Of a DNA stretch of 40,754 nt, positions 16,328 to 25,621 are shown one piece after another. Source of the DNA: a virus; the UHGV virus genome UHGV-1365945; one strand, 5' to 3'. A program made the translations under genes and the position numbers. Below the pieces are notes generated by a model that saw only the letters and a program-made list of their open reading frames with translations, made no database searches and was not told where the DNA came from. How positions within the stretch are numbered: the first letter of the stretch is position 1; each line of letters starts with the position of its first letter.

Positions 16328-16922
16328 TTGGGCCACTCATGAAGCTACAAAGTATGCTTGCACGCACTTTCATTACAGCAAAAGTGTGCCTGTTGGAAAG
16401 CTCATTAAAATAGGAGCATGGGAAGATGGCCAATTTATAGGAGTAGTAATTTTTAGTAGAGGTGCAAATAAATGCATAGGAAGCCCATATGGATTGAAAC
16501 AAACAGAATGCTGTGAACTAACTAGGGTTGCTTTAACCAATCACAAGTCGTTTGTATCTGAAATTTTGGCAAAAGCAATTAAGTTCCTAAAAGAATTTAA
16601 TCCAAGCATGCAATTAATAGTAAGCTATGCAGATACAGACCAAAACCATCATGGAGGTATCTATCAAGCAACAAACTGGATATATACTGGAAAGACAGAC
16701 GGGGAACGCTATTTCATTGTCAATGGAAAAAAGACGCATCCTAAATCTATTCATGCCAAGTATGGGATGGGGTCTCAAAGGCTAGAATTTTTGCATAAAC
16801 ATGTGGATCCAAAAGCTTCCATTTATGAATCAAAAGGTAAACATAAGTATTTAATGCCACTAAATAAAAAGATTCGTAAAAAAATCATTAAATTATCAAA
16901 ACCTTATCCAAAAGCTAAATAA
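16314..16922 (+). CDS. Conserved phage protein (202 aa) translationally coupled to the ParB-like gene; function unknown (possible nucleotide/DNA-modifying partner)
   Basis: 14-bp overlap with the upstream gene. Contains HHGGIYQATNW and Cys/His-rich segments. No confident family assignment can be made by eye. Confidence 0.5.
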   Translation: MLKVDWATHEATKYACTHFHYSKSVPVGKLIKIGAWEDGQFIGVVIFSRGANKCIGSPYGLKQTECCELTRVALTNHKSFVSEILAKAIKFLKEFNPSMQLIVSYADTDQNHHGGIYQATNWIYTGKTDGERYFIVNGKKTHPKSIHAKYGMGSQRLEFLHKHVDPKASIYESKGKHKYLMPLNKKIRKKIIKLSKPYPKAK

Positions 16923-17058
16923 AAAGAGACAAGTGCGCTAACACTTGCCTCAATTCAACGAGATACGAATACCCCGAAGACACAGAGAATTCCCACGCGT
17001 GGATTTTCGACACCCTCCGTGTCTTTTAGCATTATATAATAGTGCGAGGTATTCTACA
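16923..17058. promoter_or_regulatory. Structured intergenic region with nested palindromes (CAAGTG..CACTTG; AAGACACAGAG..CTCCGTGTCTT enclosing CCACGCGTGG) followed by TATAAT
   Basis: Inverted repeats read directly from the sequence. Likely a terminator/promoter or regulatory site before the next gene block. Confidence 0.4.
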
Positions 17059-17247
17059 ATGGAAACATTTGATTATGAAGTTCAACAAGCTTTAGAAAAG
17101 CAAAAGATTGCAGAAGAAAACAACAAGATTATCAGGGCTGCAAAGGCTCAATGGATAAGTAATTTTAAAGCAGGTCAGATCAAATTGAATACAGTTAAGG
17201 ACCTAAAAGATTTAATTGAGATTGAAAGTCATCTTAGGGAGCTTTAA
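17059..17247 (+). CDS. Hypothetical small protein (62 aa, METFDYEVQQALEK...)
   Basis: Start moved to ATG 17059 (RBS GAGG). The upstream part of the listed ORF 16945 is the structured non-coding region. Confidence 0.4.
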   Translation: METFDYEVQQALEKQKIAEENNKIIRAAKAQWISNFKAGQIKLNTVKDLKDLIEIESHLREL

Positions 17248-17316
17248 AGATGTTAGTCTTATCATTGCAATATACTTGTTCCTATATAATAATATTAGTA
17301 AATATTATTAGGAGAG

Positions 17317-17946
17317 ATGAACATGTTAAAAAATATTTCTATTGAAGAACTAATTAAAAATTTTTTGCCTGTAGGTGCTTTTTTTGTGAGTGTAATTTCT
17401 TTAATTATGGCTAAAAAAGCGAATGAGCGTCAATTGAAAACAGAGATGGAAATATCAAATATTGAACATTGGGAGAAACAAAAATCAAAAATTATAGATC
17501 TTAAAAGTGAATATATCGCTAATTTAAAATCAATTGAAATTTGTAGTAGTAATAATTTATTAGAGCAAAAAAGTTTATACGGAAATTCCGTTGGAGTAAC
17601 AGTCTCGAATAAAAAGGAAAGTATAGATCAATATAAAGCTCTTAAGGCAGGTAACTTAAAAGAAATTAAAACAATTAAAGATTTAGTTGAAGAGAAGAAA
17701 ATTGCTAATGTAAGAATAATAGAAGAATTGTTACCAATACTAAAAAATAGTGAAATTGCTAATAAATTAGAAAGAACGCAAAAAGAAATAGATAGAAATG
17801 TAGATCAAATTATTTATTATAACTCTAACGATGAATTTTTAAAAAATTACTTGGATGGTACAAAAAAATTAGATGCATCAATAAATAAGTTCAGTAGAAT
17901 TATTGATAGTTACGTTAGGTCAGAACCGAACTTTGATGAAAAATAG
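17317..17946 (+). CDS. AT-rich moron: N-terminally membrane-anchored coiled-coil protein (209 aa)
   Basis: Own promoter-like TTGCAA-17-AATAAT. Lower GC than its neighbours. N-terminal TM segment FLPVGAFFVSVISLIMA. Confidence 0.55.
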   Translation: MNMLKNISIEELIKNFLPVGAFFVSVISLIMAKKANERQLKTEMEISNIEHWEKQKSKIIDLKSEYIANLKSIEICSSNNLLEQKSLYGNSVGVTVSNKKESIDQYKALKAGNLKEIKTIKDLVEEKKIANVRIIEELLPILKNSEIANKLERTQKEIDRNVDQIIYYNSNDEFLKNYLDGTKKLDASINKFSRIIDSYVRSEPNFDEK

Positions 17947-17994
17947 GAAAACAAAACTCAACTATCAGCATGAAAAGCGAGGTGGTGTTAATGG

Positions 17995-18798
17995 ATGGCT
18001 AGAAAAAGAGATCCACGTCGTGACCAGGCTAAAGAAATTTGGTTAAAGTCAAACGGCAAAAAGGTTCTTAAAGAATTAGCTAATGAACTAAATGTTTCGG
18101 ATTCTCAAATAAGGAAATGGAAATCTATAGATAAATGGGCTGATGAATTAAAAGGTAATGTTACCAATTCAAAAAGTAACGTTACCAATAAAGGTGGAGC
18201 GCCGCCTGGGAACAAAAATGCTATAGGTAACAAAGGAAATAAAACTGCCTCACCGCCAAAAAGAAATAAGAATGCGGTAAAAACAGGCGAATACGAAACA
18301 ATATTTGCCGATATGTTATCTGACGAAGAAAAGGACATCTATTCTACAATGAATGATGATCCTTTTTTTATTTTGGAGGAAGAAATAAGAATCCTAAAAA
18401 TTCGTCAATATAGAATGCTTAAACGCATCAAAGATGCAGAGGTTGGCTTAAACGATGAAGAAGTTGAACGTTTGCAGCAGCTTCGGAAAGTCAAAGAGCC
18501 ATCGGTGATTGATGGAAAAATGGTCACTGTCAAGAGAGAAGTTTTAAAAGATGTGCAAGTAACTCGTAAAACATTTAGAAAACTAGATGACATTTTGGCT
18601 ATTGAGGAAGCATTGACAAGAATTAGCAATCAGTTAACAAAGGCTATTAAGCAACAGAATGCTTTGCTAGCAAATGATGCCAAATTACAACTATTGAAGG
18701 TTCAAACTGAAAAAGTTAAAGCTAGTTTAGATGCTACAAATGGAGACATGGATATGCCAGTTTTCATCGATGATATATCAGGTGATGAATATGAGTAA
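17995..18798 (+). CDS. terS: Terminase small subunit
   Basis: N-terminal HTH-like MARKRDPRRDQAKEIWLKSNGKKVLKELANELNVSDSQIRKWKS. It sits immediately upstream of, and overlapping, terL. Contains an internal tandem DNA repeat (candidate pac). Confidence 0.7.
   Translation: MARKRDPRRDQAKEIWLKSNGKKVLKELANELNVSDSQIRKWKSIDKWADELKGNVTNSKSNVTNKGGAPPGNKNAIGNKGNKTASPPKRNKNAVKTGEYETIFADMLSDEEKDIYSTMNDDPFFILEEEIRILKIRQYRMLKRIKDAEVGLNDEEVERLQQLRKVKEPSVIDGKMVTVKREVLKDVQVTRKTFRKLDDILAIEEALTRISNQLTKAIKQQNALLANDAKLQLLKVQTEKVKASLDATNGDMDMPVFIDDISGDEYE
18155..18189. repeat. Tandem 14-mer GTAA(T/C)GTTACCAAT x2 (21-bp period) inside terS; candidate pac/TerS-binding site
   Basis: Direct repeat read from the sequence. 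It contains the same GTAACGTTAC palindrome as the ori iterons. Confidence 0.4.
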
Positions 18799-20089
18799 AA
18801 AATTATCTGAATTTCTTCCTAAAGCATTTCATACTACTTGGAAGGTAGCATTAAACTCAAATATATTACATGTTGTTGAAAAAGGTGGCCGTGGGTCAGG
18901 TAAATCATCTGGCATAGCACACATAATCGTTCAATTGATTATGAGATATGCTGTAAATGCTGTGGCCATTAGATATGTTGATAATACGATTGAGCTATCT
19001 ATTTTTGAACAGATTAAGTGGGCCATTGAAGAGCAAGGTGTGTCTAAGTATTTTAAAGTAAATAAAAGTCCTATGAAAATCACCTATAAGCCTAGGGGTA
19101 ATTATATTGTTTTTCGTGGCGCACAGAACCCAGAAAGGATTAAGTCATTAAAGGATTCAAGATTTCCATTTGCTATAGCTTGGATTGAGGAATTAGCCGA
19201 GTTTAAAACTGAAGATGATGTAAAAACCATAACTAACTCATTGCTACGTGGTGAATTAGCAGATGGTCTTTTTTATAAATTTTTTTATTCGTACAATCCT
19301 CCTAAGCGACGACAATCATGGGTTAATAAGAAATATGAATCTAGCTTCCAACCTGAGAATACTTTTGTTCATCATTCAACATATAAGGATAATCCATTCA
19401 TAGCACAAGCATTTATTGAAGAAGTTAATGCCACGAGAGCTAAGAATCCGAAACGTGCTGAGTGGGAGTATGACGGCAAAGCTATTGGTTCAGGAGTTGT
19501 TCCGTTTGATAATTTACGAGTAATAAAAGGTTGTATTACAGACGAGATGGTAGCTAACTTTGATAATATCAGAAACGGTCTTGACTTCGGTTATGCTACT
19601 GATCCGTTAGCGTTCGTTCGATGGCATTATGATAAAAAGAAAAATGGTATCTATGCTATTGATGAGATATACGGTGTGAAAATTAGTAATAGGGAATTAG
19701 CTAAAAAACTACATGAAAAGGGCTATCAAAATGATGAAATTTTTTCTGATTCTGCTGAGCCCAAAAGTAATGCAGAGTTAGTAAATGAGCATGGTATCAA
19801 TCATATAAAAGGTGTTAAAAAAGGCCCGGATTCGGTTGAATATGGTGAGCAATGGCTAGATGACTTAGATTTTATTTGTATCGATCCATTGAGGACTCCA
19901 AATATAGCTAAGGAATTTGAAAACATTGATTATCAGACTGATAGAGATGGTAATCCTAAACCGAGACTAGAAGATAAAGACAATCATACAATTGATGCCA
20001 CACGTTACGGATTTAACGAAGACATGTGGGCGAAGAAAAAAACTAAAATTAGTAAAAATCAAAGAAACAAAATAAAAAGAATGTTTTAA
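18791..20089 (+). CDS. terL: Terminase large subunit (ATPase/nuclease)
   Basis: Walker A VEKGGRGSGKSS near the N-terminus. Start at ATG 18791 (RBS AGGTGA), overlapping the terS stop. Confidence 0.85.
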   Translation: MSKKLSEFLPKAFHTTWKVALNSNILHVVEKGGRGSGKSSGIAHIIVQLIMRYAVNAVAIRYVDNTIELSIFEQIKWAIEEQGVSKYFKVNKSPMKITYKPRGNYIVFRGAQNPERIKSLKDSRFPFAIAWIEELAEFKTEDDVKTITNSLLRGELADGLFYKFFYSYNPPKRRQSWVNKKYESSFQPENTFVHHSTYKDNPFIAQAFIEEVNATRAKNPKRAEWEYDGKAIGSGVVPFDNLRVIKGCITDEMVANFDNIRNGLDFGYATDPLAFVRWHYDKKKNGIYAIDEIYGVKISNRELAKKLHEKGYQNDEIFSDSAEPKSNAELVNEHGINHIKGVKKGPDSVEYGEQWLDDLDFICIDPLRTPNIAKEFENIDYQTDRDGNPKPRLEDKDNHTIDATRYGFNEDMWAKKKTKISKNQRNKIKRMF

Positions 20090-20106
20090 AAAAAGGAGTG
20101 TGAAGT

Positions 20107-21645
20107 ATGGAAAATGAAGAAATCCAAAAAGTTAATGAATTTGAACATGGATCGGACATCAGCTATTCAAGTGATGTGAATGAAAATTTTGTTAGCTTTG
20201 GCGTAGAATCAAATATTCACTATAGATATAGTTCTGCAGAAGAATTGTTGGATAATACTGATGTTTTAGCAAAAATGATTGCGCACCATAATGAACACCA
20301 GGTTCCACGTCTACAGGTTTTGGATGATTATTATAAAGCAAAGAATACAAACATCATCAAAAATCGTCGCCGTAAGGAAAAAGAAAAAGCAGACCATAGA
20401 GCTGCTCATAATTTTGGAAAAGTTCTTGCAACGTTTGATGTTGGATACAATACAGGCAATCCATTAAAAGTTCAAATTAATAATAAAGCTAGTCAAGAGA
20501 CCATTGATAATTTCAATCAAGATAATGACATTGACGGATTGAATGGAGAATTGTGGTTAGATATGGATAAATACGGCCGAGCTTATGAAATCATATATCG
20601 AGATGAAGATGACGTTGACTATGTTGATCTATGCAATGTTTTTGAAACGTTTGTTGTTTATGATACAACGGTCAAGCGTAGACCAATACTTGCTGTTCGT
20701 TATCCTAAAACTAAATTTACTATAGATGCAGACAAACAGTATATTCAACCGATAATTTACACAAAAGACAAAATCATTACTTACGCTGAAACGACTCTTG
20801 CTACGATTAAACTAAGTGATCCAAAAGAGGATTCTCATGATTACAAAGAAGTTCAGATAACTGAGTTTTCTCCTAATCGTTTTAGAATGGGATTGTATGA
20901 AGATATTTTATCTCAAATCGATTTGTATGATGCTGGACAGTCTGACACTGCTAATTACATGACGGACTTAAACGATGCGCTATTAGTGATTAGCGGAGAC
21001 ATTGAAGCAGCGGGTCTATCAACCGAAGATGCTATTAAGCAAAAAGAAGCGAACATTCTTTTACTTGAATCTGGCACAGATATCAATGGTAACAAGACCT
21101 CAGTGAATGCTAGCTACATCTATAAACAATACGATGTAAACGGCGTTGAAGCCTACAAAGAACGAGTGAGAAAAGGGATACATGAAATATCTATGATTCC
21201 AGATTTAACAGATACAAATTTTTCTGGTGTTCAATCAGGAGAAGCAATGAAGTATAAAATGTTTGGATTCAATCAAATGACGGCAGTAAAGCAAAGACTA
21301 TTTAAAAAAAGTCTTGTGCGGCGCTATCGTCTTTTATTTAATCTAAAATCAAGTGTTTCTGAGATTGATAACTCCGATTTAAAAGGATTGCGAATTATCT
21401 TTACTCCTAATCTTCCGAAAGCAATTCTAGAAGAATTAAAAACATTGATTGACTCTGGAGCTGAGTTAAGCCAAGAAACAATTTTAGGTCTAGCTTCGTT
21501 TGTTGATGATGTTCAAGCTGAATTAGAACGTGTAAAAAATGAAAATAAACCATTAGATATTACTGATGAAGAAGTAGCCAAAACGAAAGTGAATCAGGTA
21601 AAATTTTTAGCTAAACAATCGGAAAAGGAAACCGAGGAGGAATGA
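20107..21645 (+). CDS. Portal protein (SPP1 gp6-like)
   Basis: 512-aa protein immediately after terL in conserved synteny. RBS AAGGAG. Confidence 0.8.
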   Translation: MENEEIQKVNEFEHGSDISYSSDVNENFVSFGVESNIHYRYSSAEELLDNTDVLAKMIAHHNEHQVPRLQVLDDYYKAKNTNIIKNRRRKEKEKADHRAAHNFGKVLATFDVGYNTGNPLKVQINNKASQETIDNFNQDNDIDGLNGELWLDMDKYGRAYEIIYRDEDDVDYVDLCNVFETFVVYDTTVKRRPILAVRYPKTKFTIDADKQYIQPIIYTKDKIITYAETTLATIKLSDPKEDSHDYKEVQITEFSPNRFRMGLYEDILSQIDLYDAGQSDTANYMTDLNDALLVISGDIEAAGLSTEDAIKQKEANILLLESGTDINGNKTSVNASYIYKQYDVNGVEAYKERVRKGIHEISMIPDLTDTNFSGVQSGEAMKYKMFGFNQMTAVKQRLFKKSLVRRYRLLFNLKSSVSEIDNSDLKGLRIIFTPNLPKAILEELKTLIDSGAELSQETILGLASFVDDVQAELERVKNENKPLDITDEEVAKTKVNQVKFLAKQSEKETEEE

Positions 21646-21649
21646 TTGA

Positions 21650-22588
21650 ATGTCCTACTTGAAAAATCGTGAAGAATCTTGGATCAAAGAACAGATGAAG
21701 CTAGATCGCGATAGAGAAAAAGAAATTGTTCAACAGCTTCAAAATGCTATTGATGCGATTCAAACCGAAATTGAAGCTAACTGGGATAGATTTTCCAATG
21801 GCCAAAAGATTACGATTAGCGAAGCAAGAAAAATGGCTAATAAGATGGACGTAAAACGCTTTGAGAGAAAAGCGAAGGAGTATGTAAAAAATAAAGACTT
21901 TAGTCCACAGGCCAATAAAGAATTGAAAATCTATAACTTAGTAATGCGAGTGTCTAGATTAGAGCTATTAAAGTCTCAAATTGGCTTAGAACTAATCACG
22001 TTGTTTGATGAGCTAGATAAGTGGGGATATTCTCAGTTATCTGAATCAGCAAAAGATGAGTATTTAAGACAGGCGGGAATACTAGGCGAAACCGTTAAAG
22101 AAAATTATTCGTCTAAGGTTAGAAAAATTGTTAATGCATCATTCAAATCAAGTGAATTCCCTTCGTTTAGTGATAACATTTGGCAAAATTTTGTTGAAAT
22201 GAAAGCTGATTTAGAAAAAATAATCACTCAGGCAATCACTCAAGGTAAAAATCCAAGAGCAGTAGCAAAAGAGATGGCAAAATTTTTAAAGCCTAACCAA
22301 TTAAATATAAGATACAAGCTAAATAGGCTAATGATGACTGAAATATCTGGTGTTCAAACAGATATTCAAAAGCAAAGTTACTTGGATGCAGATATCGAAG
22401 AATATGATTACATTGCAGAACCGTTTGCCTGTGAAATATGTAAAAAAGTAGCTAAGGGTAGTCCTTATAAAGTACTAAAGATGAAAAAAAGAATTAATGC
22501 TCCTTATATGCATCCTCATTGTAAGTGCTCTACTGTCCCTAAAGTTAGTGAGGATTATGAGAAGTCGCTGAAAGAAAGAGGTTTGTAA
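21650..22588 (+). CDS. Head morphogenesis protein (SPP1 gp7 / Mu F-like minor head protein)
   Basis: Position after the portal. C-terminal YMHPHCKCS motif characteristic of the gp7 family. Confidence 0.75.
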   Translation: MSYLKNREESWIKEQMKLDRDREKEIVQQLQNAIDAIQTEIEANWDRFSNGQKITISEARKMANKMDVKRFERKAKEYVKNKDFSPQANKELKIYNLVMRVSRLELLKSQIGLELITLFDELDKWGYSQLSESAKDEYLRQAGILGETVKENYSSKVRKIVNASFKSSEFPSFSDNIWQNFVEMKADLEKIITQAITQGKNPRAVAKEMAKFLKPNQLNIRYKLNRLMMTEISGVQTDIQKQSYLDADIEEYDYIAEPFACEICKKVAKGSPYKVLKMKKRINAPYMHPHCKCSTVPKVSEDYEKSLKERGL

Positions 22589-22858
22589 ATGGATAATCTA
22601 TATAAATGCAATCAATGTCATAAACACACTCCTTTAATTAGAAAATCTGAAAATATCACGAAGGATGTCGAACACCATTATGCTGAATGTGCAAATTGTG
22701 GATATAAAGCGACAATTATGTATATGAATACCGAAATCAAGTTATTAATGTATGAACAAAGAAAAACAAAATTTGGTACAAAAAAGAAAGGTAAATTGAC
22801 AGAAAAGCTAAACAGATTAATTTCTGAATTAAGAAAAGAAGTCGAAGAATCACTTTAA
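22589..22858 (+). CDS. Small zinc-ribbon protein (89 aa)
   Basis: CNQCHKH...CANCGY, two CxxC pairs. Coupled start. Confidence 0.5.
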   Translation: MDNLYKCNQCHKHTPLIRKSENITKDVEHHYAECANCGYKATIMYMNTEIKLLMYEQRKTKFGTKKKGKLTEKLNRLISELRKEVEESL

Positions 22859-22883
22859 AATTATGACAGAAAGGTGTGATTCT

Positions 22884-23216
22884 ATGAATGACGATCCTTA
22901 TGATTATTTAGATGCTGATTATGAAGAATATTTAAGAAAAGAGGGTGAAATGGTGGATTCACAAGAATTTATTGATAAATGTAAAGAAATTGTTTCAAAT
23001 TATGCAAACAAACACTTGGATAAATCAGATCAAAAAGAAATTACCAAAAAAGATGTCTTTGTAGTTTGGAGTTGTAAAACATTGCAAAATAACAAAGCGC
23101 TATTAAGCACTACTTTACTTGATGGTATGTATTATGAATTAACATTAAACGGCGATAAGCAAGAGATTTATTTTGATGCATACAAAAAATGGGAAAATAA
23201 TGCGATTAAAGTCTAA
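22884..23216 (+). CDS. Hypothetical protein (~111 aa)
   Basis: ATG at 22884 with RBS AAAGGTG preferred over the listed 22863. Confidence 0.45.
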   Translation: MNDDPYDYLDADYEEYLRKEGEMVDSQEFIDKCKEIVSNYANKHLDKSDQKEITKKDVFVVWSCKTLQNNKALLSTTLLDGMYYELTLNGDKQEIYFDAYKKWENNAIKV

Positions 23217-23338
23217 CAAACGTTAGGCTTTTTATATTGCCTTCTTACTGCTTACAGGCACTAAAGAGAAAGCTGTTTCGATTGATAGGCGTAACTTATC
23301 AAATATATCGGGTAGCGGCGTAACCGTGGAGGATAATC

Positions 23339-23938
23339 ATGAAAACAAAAAAACTATTATTGCCAATGCATTTACAATTCTTTGCTGATAATCCAGATAC
23401 TGGCGCTGGGGATACGGACCAACCGGCCGGAGGTCAAGAGCAAACACCGCCAGGAGATGGCGGCAAAGATAAAGGTAATGAAAAAACGTTTTCTCGTGGT
23501 GAAGTGGCAAAAATGATCGCTGCTGAAGTATCAAAAACAAAAGAAGCTTGGGAAAAAGAGCAACAAGAAAAACAAGCAGAAGCAGAAAAACTGGCAAAAA
23601 TGAATGCTCAGGAAAAAGCTGAACATGAAAAGAAACAGCTAGAAGCAAAAATTGCGGAATTGGAACGTAGTCAAGCATTAGTTTCCATGTCAAAGGAAGC
23701 TTCTAAAATGCTTTCAGAGGCTAGTTTGCCGCATGACGATGATTTGCTAGGATTGATTGTTTCAGATGATGCGGAAGCCACAAAAAAAGCTGTCGCTATT
23801 GTTACGAACTATGTATCAATGATTAAGAAAGAAAATGCTCGCCAAAAAACACCAGGTGAGGGCGGACAATTTTCAACTGATAAAAAAGAAACCGAATCAG
23901 TTGCAGCTCTTGCAGCAAGCACACGAATTGTAAAATAG
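23339..23938 (+). CDS. Scaffolding protein
   Basis: Coiled-coil Glu/Lys/Ala-rich protein directly upstream of the major capsid gene. N-terminal LQFFAD motif. Confidence 0.65.
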   Translation: MKTKKLLLPMHLQFFADNPDTGAGDTDQPAGGQEQTPPGDGGKDKGNEKTFSRGEVAKMIAAEVSKTKEAWEKEQQEKQAEAEKLAKMNAQEKAEHEKKQLEAKIAELERSQALVSMSKEASKMLSEASLPHDDDLLGLIVSDDAEATKKAVAIVTNYVSMIKKENARQKTPGEGGQFSTDKKETESVAALAASTRIVK

Positions 23939-23950
23939 GAGGAAATATAA

Positions 23951-24883
23951 ATGAAGAAAAAACAATTAATGAAAATGGATATTCAAATGTTTGCTCAAAC
24001 ATGGAATCCAGACAACGTCACAGTATTAGAGAAAAAAGATGGAACAATTCCAGATAAGTACAACACTTTAATTTTAAAAGATGTGATGGAAAATTCTAAG
24101 TTAATGCAGTTGGCTAAATATGAAGAAATGGACGGCAAAGAAAAGAAATTCGAATACTTTGCAGAAGGTCCTGGGGCGTACTGGGTTGGTGAAGGCGAAA
24201 AGATTAAAACGTCTAAACCTAAATGGTTAAACGTAACGATGACTGCGAAAAAAATTGGTGTTATTATCCCAGTTTCTCGGGAATATTTAACTTATAAGAT
24301 GTCTGATTTCTTTACTCAAATGCAACCAAAAATCGCAGAAGCATTTTATAAGAAAATTGATGCGGCTACTATCCTTGATAAAGAAAATCCATTCTCTCAA
24401 TCTATTGAAAAATCTGTCATTGCAGCTAGTAATGTAATTGAGGGCGACTTGACATATGACAACATTTTAGCATTAGAGGATTTGCTTGGAGAAGGTGAAT
24501 ACGATCCGAATGCTTTCATTTCTAATCGTAAGAATCGTACAGTGTTACGTGAAGCAAGTAAAAAAATTGGTGACACAACTCAATTTATTTATGATCGTGT
24601 CAGCAATACTATTGATGGACTACCTGTAGCAGATCTAAAATCTATGGATAAAGGAAACCTTTATACTGGTGATTTTGATTACTTGCGCTATGGTATCCCA
24701 TTTAACATTAATTTCAAAATTTCAGAAGAAGCTCAATTATCTACTTTAACGAATGAAGACGGTACGCCTGTCAACTTGTACGAACAAGAATTGGTTGCTT
24801 TACGAGCTACAATGGATATTGGTTTCATGGTCATCAAAGATGAAGCATTTGCTAAGATTCAACCAAAAGCTGCGGGGGAGTAA
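23951..24883 (+). CDS. Major capsid protein (short form), plus a long form via -1 frameshift extended to 24945
   Basis: 310-aa ORF after the scaffold in conserved synteny, N-terminal MDIQMFAQ motif. A G5 tract (24874-24878) sits at the stop codon. An open -1 frame encodes SPVVGKVTPTTNGATIELT, homologous to the extension after the tail gene. A stem-loop lies 8 nt downstream of the G tract. Confidence 0.7.
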   Translation: MKKKQLMKMDIQMFAQTWNPDNVTVLEKKDGTIPDKYNTLILKDVMENSKLMQLAKYEEMDGKEKKFEYFAEGPGAYWVGEGEKIKTSKPKWLNVTMTAKKIGVIIPVSREYLTYKMSDFFTQMQPKIAEAFYKKIDAATILDKENPFSQSIEKSVIAASNVIEGDLTYDNILALEDLLGEGEYDPNAFISNRKNRTVLREASKKIGDTTQFIYDRVSNTIDGLPVADLKSMDKGNLYTGDFDYLRYGIPFNINFKISEEAQLSTLTNEDGTPVNLYEQELVALRATMDIGFMVIKDEAFAKIQPKAAGE

Positions 24884-24956
24884 CTAGCCCTGTTGTTGGA
24901 AAAGTAACACCGACAACAAATGGGGCGACAATCGAACTAACTTAGGTGGTGTTTAG

Positions 24957-25289
24957 ATGTCAAAGATAGCAAATGATGTAAAAAAATTATTAAATGGTAG
25001 TCTTGATGAAAAATTAGAAATCATTGAAAGACGTACAAAAGATCGGCTTCAAAATATATTGAATGTCACTGAGTTACCAAAAAGCTTTGATTCAGTTGTA
25101 TATGAAGTAACTTTAAAACGATTTAATCGTATTGGCCAAGAAGGAATGCAATCTTATTCTCAAGAAGGTTTATCTATGGCATTTCCAGACTCTGATTTTT
25201 CTGAATATCAAGATGAGATTGAAGAGTATAAGAACAAGGAAATAGAAGAACTTTATAAGCCTAAACGTGGGAGGTTTACATTTTCATGA
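24957..25289 (+). CDS. Head-tail connector protein (110 aa)
   Basis: Position and size in the head-tail joining block. RBS AGGTGGTG. Confidence 0.5.
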   Translation: MSKIANDVKKLLNGSLDEKLEIIERRTKDRLQNILNVTELPKSFDSVVYEVTLKRFNRIGQEGMQSYSQEGLSMAFPDSDFSEYQDEIEEYKNKEIEELYKPKRGRFTFS

Positions 25290-25621
25290 GATATTTAGAT
25301 GAAATTACCTTTGTAAAAAAATCTTCAGAATCGCATTATGATCCAAATTCAGGTGAATGGATTGAAGAAGAACCCTTTAGAAAAACTGCTGATGTCAATG
25401 CAACTGACATTGGTACAGATCGTTCTATTACTATTTTCGGAAGCATTAAAGAAGGGGCTAAGGTCATTAGGACACAGCCCCTTTTTGTTATTCCAGAATT
25501 TGATTACATTGAGTTTGAGGGTAAAACTTGGGAAGTTATTACAAGTAGAGTTCCTGCATTAAGAAATAGCTTGATTATTCAGGAAGTGATTATTGATGGC
25601 AAGAAGTCAAGTAAGAATTAA
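25286..25621 (+). CDS. Head closure / head-tail adaptor protein (111 aa)
   Basis: ATGA-coupled ORF in the connector block. Confidence 0.5.
   Translation: MRYLDEITFVKKSSESHYDPNSGEWIEEEPFRKTADVNATDIGTDRSITIFGSIKEGAKVIRTQPLFVIPEFDYIEFEGKTWEVITSRVPALRNSLIIQEVIIDGKKSSKN

Noticed and set aside
16945-17058. N-terminal extension of ORF 16945..17247 (MPQFNEIRIPRRHREFPRVDF...)
   Set aside because: This stretch is the nested-palindrome structured region, with odd amino-acid composition and no RBS. The downstream ATG 17059 has a GAGG RBS and TATAAT upstream, so the gene was shortened.
23337-23693. Minus-strand ORF antisense to the scaffold gene, and similar antisense ORFs in late genes (27006..27275, 28737..29060, 34148..34333, 37640..37933)
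   Set aside because: All lie opposite well-supported structural genes in a strictly plus-strand operon and lack RBSs. 34148..34333 is generated by the His-codon repeats.
24884-24956. Capsid-downstream conserved sequence considered as a mere terminator or non-coding repeat
   Set aside because: It is conserved with the tail-gene downstream region at the peptide level in the -1 frame (synonymous and covarying changes). It is preceded by slip-prone sites and followed immediately by the next gene's RBS, with no U-tract terminator, so a coding recoding signal explains it better.
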